A stretch of DNA of 48,150 bases, taken from NCBI GenBank assembly GCA_964195015.1, contig CAXMOQ010000001.1, forward strand, positions 1-48,150, written 5' to 3'. Of this stretch, positions 37,364 to 45,483 are shown piece by piece; the first letter of the stretch is position 1; the number at the start of each line of letters is the position of its first letter. The notes under the pieces were generated by a model. That model saw only the letters and a list, made by a program, of their open reading frames with translations. It searched no databases and was not told the origin of the DNA. The position numbers and the translations under genes were made by a program. This DNA comes from an uncultured Flavobacteriaceae bacterium. GTDB taxonomy: Bacteria; Bacteroidota; Bacteroidia; Flavobacteriales; Flavobacteriaceae.

Positions 37364-38659
37364 TTATTTTACTTTTGAGATTTGAGCCATGAGTTCGGCT
37401 TCTGCGCATAGTTTACCATTGGCATAAGCATACCCTTGCATGTGGCATATACCACGACGAATAGGCGTGATTAAGGAACATTTGAAAATTAAAGTATCTC
37501 CAGGAACTACTTTTTGTTTGAACTTTACTTTATCAATTTTCATGAAAAAAGTTAAATAATTTTCCGGATCAGGAACTGTACTCAGTACCAATATTCCTCC
37601 TGTTTGCGCCATGGCTTCAACAATTAAAACTCCAGGCATTACCGGAGCTCCGGGAAAATGACCAGCAAAGAATGGCTCGTTCATTGTTACATTCTTTAAA
37701 CCCACAACATGAGAATCGCTAAGTTCGAAAATTTTATCGATTAACAAGAAGGGCTGCCTATGTGGCAACATATTCATGATCTGGTTCACATCCATTAAAG
37801 GTTCCTGACTCAAATCAATATTTGGAACATTATTACGTCTTTCGTTCTTGATTATTTTAGACATCTTCTTGGCAAACAAGGTGTTTATGGAATGTCCCGG
37901 TTTATTGGCGATAACCTTTCCTCTTAACCGTGTTCCTATAAGTGCTAAATCGCCAACTACATCCAGCAATTTATGTCTTGCAGCTTCATTTGGATGATGT
38001 AGTGTCAGATTGTCTAAAATCCCATTTGGTTTAATCGCTATAGAATCTTTTTTAAAGGCAACTTTTAATTTTTCCATAGTTTCTGGTGACAATTTTTTAT
38101 CGACATAAACTATGGCATTATTTAGGTCACCTCCTTTAATTAATCCATTCTCAAGAAGCATTTCTATTTCATGTAAAAAACTAAAGGTTCTAGAATCTGA
38201 AATATCTTTTTTAAAATCTGAAATATGATTTAATGTCGCATTTTGAGTACCCAAAACTTTTGTCCCGAAATCTACCATAGTAGTAACTTGATATTCCTTG
38301 GCTGGCATTATTAAAATTTCACTACCTGATTCCTCATCCGTATAAGAAATAACATCGGTCACTACATATTCTTCTCTATTGGCGTCTTGTTCTACGATAC
38401 CAGCTTTTTCAATTGCTTCTACAAAAAATTTGGAAGACCCATCCATAATTGGTGGTTCTGACTCATTCAATTCCACGATTACATTATCGATTTCTAATCC
38501 AATCAAAGCAGCTAAAACATGCTCAGATGCAATTCCCGTATTTGGAGACCCAGGTTTAAATGTTAAAATAACTTCCTTTCCTGTATGTAAACCAACTCCT
38601 TTTAAAGAGATGTCTCCCTCTATTGTTCTTTGTTTTATTTCAGTATTAACTATTGCCAT
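37364..38659 (-). CDS. lpxC/fabZ: bifunctional UDP-3-O-acyl-GlcNAc deacetylase / 3-hydroxyacyl-ACP dehydratase (LpxC-FabZ fusion), apparently shortened
   Basis: LpxC motifs [27 protein letters not shown] and KPGHSIN. FabZ motifs [12 protein letters not shown] and FFAGHFPG. At 431 aa it is shorter than I expect, because of a gap between NTGI and EHVLAAL. Confidence 0.88.
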   Translation of the reverse strand: MAIVNTEIKQRTIEGDISLKGVGLHTGKEVILTFKPGSPNTGIASEHVLAALIGLEIDNVIVELNESEPPIMDGSSKFFVEAIEKAGIVEQDANREEYVVTDVISYTDEESGSEILIMPAKEYQVTTMVDFGTKVLGTQNATLNHISDFKKDISDSRTFSFLHEIEMLLENGLIKGGDLNNAIVYVDKKLSPETMEKLKVAFKKDSIAIKPNGILDNLTLHHPNEAARHKLLDVVGDLALIGTRLRGKVIANKPGHSINTLFAKKMSKIIKNERRNNVPNIDLSQEPLMDVNQIMNMLPHRQPFLLIDKIFELSDSHVVGLKNVTMNEPFFAGHFPGAPVMPGVLIVEAMAQTGGILVLSTVPDPENYLTFFMKIDKVKFKQKVVPGDTLIFKCSLITPIRRGICHMQGYAYANGKLCAEAELMAQISKVK

Positions 38660-39677
38660 TTACTTTTTTTTCTAAATCGTTTAAATTTTTAACAATCTTT
38701 GACAAATTTTTAAAATGCACATAAGATTTCACGTAATTACTATAATCTATGGCTGGCGACCCATATAGTTTTTCTCCATCTTTAACCCGATGTCCAATTC
38801 CAGTTTGTGCCTGTACTTTTACGCCATTGCCAATGGTCAAATGACCAGCTATACCAACTTGACCGCCAATCATGCAATATTTCCCAATTTTCGTTGAGCC
38901 AGCAATTCCAGTTTGGGCAGCAATTACAGTATTCTCACCAATTTCAACATTGTGAGCAATTTGAATTTGATTATCAAGCTTTACCCCTTTTCTTATAATT
39001 GTAGATCCTAATGTAGCTCTATCGATAGTAGTGGCCGACCCAATTTCTACAAAATCTTCAATAATGACATTTCCAGTTTGAGGCACTTTTTGAAACTCCC
39101 CTTTTTCGTCAGGAACAAAACCAAAACCATCAGCTCCAATAACTGCACCGCTATTTATTACGCAGTTGTTACCAATTTCTGTTTCCGAATATAACTTAAC
39201 TCCTGAAAAAACTGTAGTATTATTTCCAATAACTACATTATCTCCTACATAGGCATGAGGATAAATTTTCACATTTTCACCTAGAATCACATTTTCTCCT
39301 AAATATGAAAATGCCCCTAAATATGCATTATCTCCATAGACCGCAGTCTCAGATACAAAGGAAGGTTGCTCTATTCCCGTTTTATTATTTTTAACTTGAT
39401 TATAATATTTTAATAATTGAGAAAATGATTTATAGGCATCTTCAACTTTTATTAAGGTTGTTGCAATATCGCTATCTGGCTGAAAAGATTTATTTACAAT
39501 AGTAATTGATGCCTTTGTTGAATAAATATAAGGGATATATTTTGGATTGGCTAAAAATGTTAGTGACCCTTCGATTCCTTCTTCAATCTTGGAGAGTTTA
39601 GATACTTCTATATCTGGATCTCCAACAATATCGCCTTCTAAAATCTCTGCTATCTGCTGTGCTGTAAATTTCATCAT
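38646..39677 (-). CDS. lpxD: UDP-3-O-acylglucosamine N-acyltransferase
   Basis: 343 aa with an LpxD N-terminal domain and hexapeptide repeats. Overlaps the lpxC/fabZ start by 14 nt. Confidence 0.92.
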   Translation of the reverse strand: MMKFTAQQIAEILEGDIVGDPDIEVSKLSKIEEGIEGSLTFLANPKYIPYIYSTKASITIVNKSFQPDSDIATTLIKVEDAYKSFSQLLKYYNQVKNNKTGIEQPSFVSETAVYGDNAYLGAFSYLGENVILGENVKIYPHAYVGDNVVIGNNTTVFSGVKLYSETEIGNNCVINSGAVIGADGFGFVPDEKGEFQKVPQTGNVIIEDFVEIGSATTIDRATLGSTIIRKGVKLDNQIQIAHNVEIGENTVIAAQTGIAGSTKIGKYCMIGGQVGIAGHLTIGNGVKVQAQTGIGHRVKDGEKLYGSPAIDYSNYVKSYVHFKNLSKIVKNLNDLEKKVNGNS

Positions 39678-39698
39678 GGCAAAAATAGGAAAAATGTG

Positions 39699-40919
39699 CT
39701 AAAGTTTTTCTTTAGGGTAACATATAAAATATTTAGTAATAGGTTTTGCAAGTGCTTTAAGGTTTAACTGATCTGACGCCTTAACAATATCATCAATTTT
39801 TCCGGATTTATGTAGGACATTAATTTTTTGAGAATTTAACTGATATGCCTGATTTGAAATTTCGCCAATGAACACAAAATATTCAGCTTCTTTTTTAGTA
39901 ATCTTATATGTATCGATTAACAATTGAATATGCAATTGAAGGTTTTCTTTTTTAATTTTCTTATTTTTTATTTTAATTTTTAATAAAGTCCGGTTTATAA
40001 TCATTTTGCTCAAATGGCTCAAGACAAAATCATCACAAAATTGCCACGCTTTCATTGCCGAAATGATATCGTAATCGTCAAGGTTAGAGAAAATCTCTAA
40101 TGTTTCATCATTAAAATCTTTAACAGAAATTTCGTTTTTCAAAAAAAACAGTAATGGTTTACTTGCATGAAGTTCCTCACCTAATTTAATCAGCTCTTTT
40201 GCTCGTTTTAAGGCTCTTATCAATAATTGTTCGGCAACCAAACTGGTTTTATGCAAATACACTTGCCAATACATAAAACGTCGCGCTATTAAAAACTTTT
40301 CAACACTATAGACGCCTTTTTCCTCGACTACCAATTCATCATTAACCACATTTAACATGGTAATTAAACGCTCACTATTTACATTGCCTTCGGCAACACC
40401 GGTGTAGAAACTATCCCGTTTTAAATAATCGGCTCTATCCATATCTAATTGACCAGAAATAAGCTGTAACATAAACTTTCTATGATACTCTCCTTTGAAT
40501 ATTTGTATGGCCAACGTTAAATTTGAGTTAAATTCTCTATTTAAAGACTCCATAAATAACAAAGAAATATACTCATGAGACACACCGTTTACGATGCTAT
40601 GCTCCATGGCATGAGAAAACGGACCATGCCCAATATCGTGCAATAAGATCGCGATATAAAGACCTTCTTCTTCCTCTTTAGAAATTGTAACGCCCTTAAA
40701 ACGAAGAACATTAACCGCTTTTTGCATTAAATGCACACAACCTATGGCATGGTGAAAGCGTGTATGATGCGCACCAGGGTATACCAAATAAGACATTCCC
40801 ATTTGAGTAATTCGCCGTAGTCTTTGAAAATATTTATGTTCAATTAAATCAAAGATTAGAGAATTTGGAATAGTAATAAATCCGTAAATTGGGTCGTTTA
40901 ATATTTTAAGCTTATTCAA
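39699..40919 (-). CDS. HD domain phosphohydrolase (dNTPase-like)
   Basis: 406 aa with RFHHAIG and LLHDIGHGPFSH metal-binding motifs. Confidence 0.85.
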   Translation of the reverse strand: MNKLKILNDPIYGFITIPNSLIFDLIEHKYFQRLRRITQMGMSYLVYPGAHHTRFHHAIGCVHLMQKAVNVLRFKGVTISKEEEEGLYIAILLHDIGHGPFSHAMEHSIVNGVSHEYISLLFMESLNREFNSNLTLAIQIFKGEYHRKFMLQLISGQLDMDRADYLKRDSFYTGVAEGNVNSERLITMLNVVNDELVVEEKGVYSVEKFLIARRFMYWQVYLHKTSLVAEQLLIRALKRAKELIKLGEELHASKPLLFFLKNEISVKDFNDETLEIFSNLDDYDIISAMKAWQFCDDFVLSHLSKMIINRTLLKIKIKNKKIKKENLQLHIQLLIDTYKITKKEAEYFVFIGEISNQAYQLNSQKINVLHKSGKIDDIVKASDQLNLKALAKPITKYFICYPKEKL

Positions 40920-40959
40920 ATATTTTTTTTTAACAATAAATATTCACAAATATAACTAT

Positions 40960-42513
40960 ATGAACAATATAAAAATACTTTGGGTTGATGATGAAATTGA
41001 TTTGCTAAAACCTCACATTTTATTTCTGGAACAAAAAAATTATCATGTAACCACTTGCCAAAGCGGTACTGAAGCCATAGAGGTTTTAGAGGACAACACC
41101 TTTGATATTGTTTTTTTAGACGAAAACATGCCCGGTCTTACAGGCTTGGAGACTTTGAATGAAATAAAAGAAATACAGGACAACCTACCCGTTGTTATGA
41201 TTACTAAAAGTGAGGAAGAATATATTATGGAAGAAGCTATCGGTAGTAAAATAGCCGATTATTTGATAAAGCCTGTCAATCCGAATCAAATTCTTTTAAG
41301 CTTAAAAAAGAATTTAGACAATTCCAGATTAGTTTCAGAAAAAACAACCTCTAACTATCAGCAAGAGTTTAGAAAAATTGCTATGGATTTAGCCATGGTT
41401 AATAGTTATGAAGATTGGGCAAGCTTATATCAAAAACTTATTTATTGGGAAATTCAGCTTGAAGATATTGAAGACATAGGCATGTTTGAGATTTTAGAGT
41501 CTCAAAAAAACGAAGCCAATATTCAGTTTGGAAAATTTATAGATAAAAATTATCCGGATTGGTTTTTACCAAACACAGATGCTCCAGTGATGTCACATAC
41601 GCTTTTTAAAGATAAGGTAGCACCTTTATTAGGTAAAGAACAACCAACCCTTTTGGTAGTTATCGATAATTTACGCTATGATCAATGGAAAGCCTTCGAA
41701 CCTATTGTTAATAACTATTATAAAAAAGAAAGCGAATCTACATTCTACAGTATTTTACCAACGGCCACGCAATATGCTCGAAACGCCATTTTTTCGGGAT
41801 TAATGCCAAGTGATATGGAAAAATTGTTTCCTCAATTCTGGAAGAATGATACAGATGATGGCGGTAAGAACCTCTTTGAAGCCAAATTTTTAGAAGCACA
41901 AATGAAACGGTTGGGTTTAAATCATTTAAAGCATGAGTACTATAAAATAACCAACTTAAAAGCCGGAAAAAAATTAGCCAATAATTTTAAATCATTAAAA
42001 AATAACGACTTGACCGTTGTCGTTTATAATTTTGTGGATATGCTGTCTCATTCTAAAACCGAAATGGAAGTGGTTAAAGAACTAGCTTCAAATGATAAAG
42101 CCTATCGCTCACTTACTTTAAGCTGGTTTAAAAATTCGCCACTGTTAGAAATAATTCATCAGGCACAACAATTAGGATTTAAACTCATTTTAACCACAGA
42201 CCATGGTACCATTAATGTAAAAAATCCATCGAAAGTCATTGGAGACAGAGAAACAAGTCTGAATCTTCGATATAAAACCGGACGGAGCCTGACATATGAA
42301 AATAAAGATGTCCTCGTATCAAAAGATCCTAGTGTGATACACTTGCCGTCAATAAACATGAGTAGTTCTTATATTTTTGCGAAAGGCGATTTGTTTTTTG
42401 CTTATCCAAATAATTACAATCACTATGTGAGTTACTATAGGAATTCATACCAACACGGTGGTGTTTCTCTTGAAGAAATGATCATTCCGTTTGTGGTGTT
42501 AAATCCAAAATAA
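40960..42513 (+). CDS. porX: response regulator with C-terminal PglZ/alkaline-phosphatase-like domain (PorX type)
   Basis: 517 aa. CheY-like receiver (ILWVDDE.., FLDENMPG.., K in ADYLIKP) followed by a PglZ-like domain (LVVIDNLRYDQW, TTDHGT). Length and architecture match PorX of the T9SS regulatory pair. Confidence 0.8.
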   Translation: MNNIKILWVDDEIDLLKPHILFLEQKNYHVTTCQSGTEAIEVLEDNTFDIVFLDENMPGLTGLETLNEIKEIQDNLPVVMITKSEEEYIMEEAIGSKIADYLIKPVNPNQILLSLKKNLDNSRLVSEKTTSNYQQEFRKIAMDLAMVNSYEDWASLYQKLIYWEIQLEDIEDIGMFEILESQKNEANIQFGKFIDKNYPDWFLPNTDAPVMSHTLFKDKVAPLLGKEQPTLLVVIDNLRYDQWKAFEPIVNNYYKKESESTFYSILPTATQYARNAIFSGLMPSDMEKLFPQFWKNDTDDGGKNLFEAKFLEAQMKRLGLNHLKHEYYKITNLKAGKKLANNFKSLKNNDLTVVVYNFVDMLSHSKTEMEVVKELASNDKAYRSLTLSWFKNSPLLEIIHQAQQLGFKLILTTDHGTINVKNPSKVIGDRETSLNLRYKTGRSLTYENKDVLVSKDPSVIHLPSINMSSSYIFAKGDLFFAYPNNYNHYVSYYRNSYQHGGVSLEEMIIPFVVLNPK

Positions 42514-42599
42514 TCTCTACGTAATGCAAAAAACATCGATGAAATACATTTTTTATTAGTTTTTCCCAAAATTTATTCCTATAATTGCATATAAATATA

Positions 42600-43040
42600 A
42601 TGTGTTTGGAGATTAATTACACAATTCATGATGTTGATGATGTTGCAAAACAGCTCATTTCACATGTTTCCACAAAAACACTTTTATTTGGTGGCTCTAT
42701 GGGTGTTGGCAAAACAACGCTTATAAAAGCTGTAGTGCGGGTTCTAGGAAGTTTTGATGATGTTACAAGCCCAACATTTTCAATAGTAAACGAATACTTG
42801 ACACCCGAAGCATTAATCTATCATTTTGATTTTTATAGAATCAAAGATGTAGAGGAAGCGTATAATTTTGGTATTGAAGATTATTTGTATTCTAATCATT
42901 GGTGCATCATTGAATGGCCGGAACGTTTACAAAGTATTTTACCGGAACACGCAGACAAAATCGATTTAGTTTTAAACCCTGATAATTCAAGAACGTTAAA
43001 ACTAAAGTGTATAACGAATTTAACCGAAAAACAAAGCTGA
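42600..43040 (+). CDS. tsaE: tRNA threonylcarbamoyladenosine biosynthesis ATPase TsaE
   Basis: P-loop GGSMGVGKTT, SPTFSIVNEY and HFDFYR. The ATG at 42600 is preferred over the TTG at 42585. Confidence 0.85.
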   Translation: MCLEINYTIHDVDDVAKQLISHVSTKTLLFGGSMGVGKTTLIKAVVRVLGSFDDVTSPTFSIVNEYLTPEALIYHFDFYRIKDVEEAYNFGIEDYLYSNHWCIIEWPERLQSILPEHADKIDLVLNPDNSRTLKLKCITNLTEKQS

Positions 43041-43292
43041 GTATAAATTAGACAACATTAAGACCCACGAATTTTGAAGATTTACGGGAAAACCGTAAGT
43101 GGAAAGCCCCAATTGTATTGATTTTAACATAATTTTAACATTTGGTCATTTTCTTCAATCTTCTTTTAGTTACATTTGAGGTATTAATTAATTAAATCCC
43201 TTAAAAAATGAAAACTAAAAAGTATTTAATTGCAATCGCAATTTTCGGTGGAATGTTATTCACAGCTCAAGCGACAAACATGATTGATCAAG

Positions 43293-43841
43293 ATGCTGAA
43301 CAAACTAAAATCGAAAAAAAGTGGTTTAGAATCCCGTCTGGAGGATAGGAAAAACAACAGATCCCTAATTATTGGGAGTTTAATAGCTACGTTTATAGCT
43401 ATTACACCGTATTTATTTTATTTGTATGAAAGTGTTCCAAACAAACAAGTGTGGGACACTTTTTTGTTTACTTATGATAGTACATCGTGGGGAGATGCCA
43501 ATTTAGCAATGTGGGTTTTAACAAGTAAAGCAATTCCTTTGCTCTTAATTTTTATCTGGTTCTTTACTTGCCGTCATTGGTGGTATCATGCCTTATTAGT
43601 ACCAATGGCAATGTATATATATCAAGTAATTACATTGTTAAATGATGACGTTCAATATATGGATGAATTTCAGCTTATTTATTTACTTCCTGTTATGGCA
43701 ATTGTAATCCCTTCAATTTATCTTATACGTGCGAGAATATTTAATAAGATCAATGATGCCAATAAAAGTATGCAGGAACTTGAAGATGAATTTAAGATTA
43801 GGCCTAAAGGCTTTTTTGCCAAGTTTAGCGATTATTTTTAA
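43293..43841 (+). CDS. integral membrane protein, about 182 aa
   Basis: About four hydrophobic helices. The ATG at 43293 is preferred over the TTG at 43284. No family recognised. Confidence 0.6.
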   Translation: MLNKLKSKKSGLESRLEDRKNNRSLIIGSLIATFIAITPYLFYLYESVPNKQVWDTFLFTYDSTSWGDANLAMWVLTSKAIPLLLIFIWFFTCRHWWYHALLVPMAMYIYQVITLLNDDVQYMDEFQLIYLLPVMAIVIPSIYLIRARIFNKINDANKSMQELEDEFKIRPKGFFAKFSDYF

Positions 43842-43903
43842 GAGTTATAAAAGCAATCAAAAATTTATTCGTAATTTGACTTTTAATTAAGAAGTCAACG
43901 CAA

Positions 43904-45103
43904 ATGTCTAAACCCTTATCGCCCTTTACTAAACAACAGCTACTCCCTCAAGAAGAAACCCTTGAAATATTAAAGCGCAAAGGCGAACTCTTTATTGGCA
44001 TTCCAAAAGAAACAGATTATCAAGAAAAAAGGGTATGCTTAACACCCGATGCAGTTTCGGCATTGGTTAGTAACGGTCATAGGGTACTTTTAGAGACTGG
44101 AGCTGGCGAGGGCGCCAATTTTAGCGACAGAGATTATAGTGAAGCCGGTGCAGAAATCACTAAAGATACTGCCAAAGTGTTTGCTTGCCCGATGATTCTT
44201 AAAGTTGAGCCACCGAGTCTTGAACAAATAAAACTTATTAATCCGCAAACCATATTAATTTCCGCACTTCAAATTAAAACACAATCGAAGAAATACTTCG
44301 AAGCTTTAGCTACCAAACGTGTTACGGCTCTCGCATTTGAGTTTATTCGTGATGAAGATGGTGCTTATCCGGCAGTAAGATCATTAAGCGAAATTGCCGG
44401 AACAGCATCAGTTTTAATAGCTTCAGAATTATTATCGAATGTTAATGAGGGTAATGGGCTTCTGTTTGGTAATATTAGTGGTGTACCGCCTGTTGAAGTT
44501 GTCATTCTAGGTGCAGGAACTGTTGGAGAGTTTGCAGCAAGAAGTGCCATAGGGCTTGGTGCTAATGTTAAAATTTTTGATAAGTCTATTTCAAAGTTGC
44601 GAAGTATTCAAATCAATCTTGGTAGAACCGTCTTCACTTCTACGCTTCAACCAAAAAATTTATTAAAAGCTTTACAGCGATGTGATGTTGCTATTGGTGC
44701 AGTAAGAGGGAAAAACAGATCCCCGATTTTGGTTACTGAACAGATGGTAGAAAGCATGAAAAAAGGAGCCGTTATTATTGATGTAGGCATTGATATGGGA
44801 GGTTGTTTTGAAACTAGCGAAGTTACTACACACAAAAACCCAACCTTTATAAAGCACGATGTTATACACTATTGTGTTCCCAATATCCCTGCCCGATATG
44901 CACGAACTGCTTCGATTTCAATTAGTAACATTTTCACGCCTTATTTATTAAAAATAGCAGATGAAGGAGGCATAGAAAATTCTTTGCAATTTGACAGAGG
45001 TTTAAAAAATGGGTTGTATTTTTACCACGGCATTTTAACCAACAAATCGGTTGGTGAATGGTTTGATTTAAAGCACAGCGACATTAACTTACTCATCTTT
45101 TAA
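43904..45103 (+). CDS. alanine dehydrogenase / PNT family NAD(H)-binding protein
   Basis: 399 aa with Rossmann motif VVILGAGTVGEFAA and AlaDH/PNT N- and C-domain layout. Confidence 0.8.
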   Translation: MSKPLSPFTKQQLLPQEETLEILKRKGELFIGIPKETDYQEKRVCLTPDAVSALVSNGHRVLLETGAGEGANFSDRDYSEAGAEITKDTAKVFACPMILKVEPPSLEQIKLINPQTILISALQIKTQSKKYFEALATKRVTALAFEFIRDEDGAYPAVRSLSEIAGTASVLIASELLSNVNEGNGLLFGNISGVPPVEVVILGAGTVGEFAARSAIGLGANVKIFDKSISKLRSIQINLGRTVFTSTLQPKNLLKALQRCDVAIGAVRGKNRSPILVTEQMVESMKKGAVIIDVGIDMGGCFETSEVTTHKNPTFIKHDVIHYCVPNIPARYARTASISISNIFTPYLLKIADEGGIENSLQFDRGLKNGLYFYHGILTNKSVGEWFDLKHSDINLLIF

Positions 45104-45477
45104 TGAAATTAATACAGCGCATTGGTTACTATCTTGGAGGTTTTTCTTTAGGATTAGTCATATTGGCATTTTTTTTGAATGGCAAGAAAGTATCTTGCGA
45201 CTATGGTCCTGACGCAAGAGTGCTCAAAAATATTAGCTCCAAAAAAATGTTATATAGTGATGATGTTATGAAAATGATGACTAATAAGGATATAGATACT
45301 TCTACAATAAACTATATTCTTTTTAAAGGTGATATAAATTTTTCTGAAAGTAATACCAGAAAAGAACCTTGCGGGACTTATTTTATCGAGGGCACTTCAA
45401 ATAAAAAAGATATTGCTCTGATTGTTGAAAATTGTGACACTATTGCTACACTAAGAGAAATAAAATGGATTGATTAA
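45103..45477 (+). CDS. hypothetical membrane-anchored protein, 124 aa
   Basis: N-terminal TM IGYYLGGFSLGLVILAFFL. Its ATG overlaps the upstream stop (TAATG), suggesting translational coupling. Confidence 0.55.
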   Translation: MKLIQRIGYYLGGFSLGLVILAFFLNGKKVSCDYGPDARVLKNISSKKMLYSDDVMKMMTNKDIDTSTINYILFKGDINFSESNTRKEPCGTYFIEGTSNKKDIALIVENCDTIATLREIKWID

Positions 45478-45483
45478 TTTTTT

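Noticed and set aside
40960-42513. PglZ domain protein as a possible BREX/PglZ-type phage defence component, perhaps paired with the adjacent HD hydrolase
   Set aside because: It has an N-terminal CheY receiver and PorX length and architecture. No BREX partners (PglX methyltransferase, BrxC ATPase, BrxL and others) are present in the window. The neighbours are housekeeping lipid A genes and tsaE.
43082-43098. Hairpin TTACGG-GAAAA-CCGTAA after tsaE as a terminator
   Set aside because: The stem is short and no T-run follows. Not sufficient to call a terminator.
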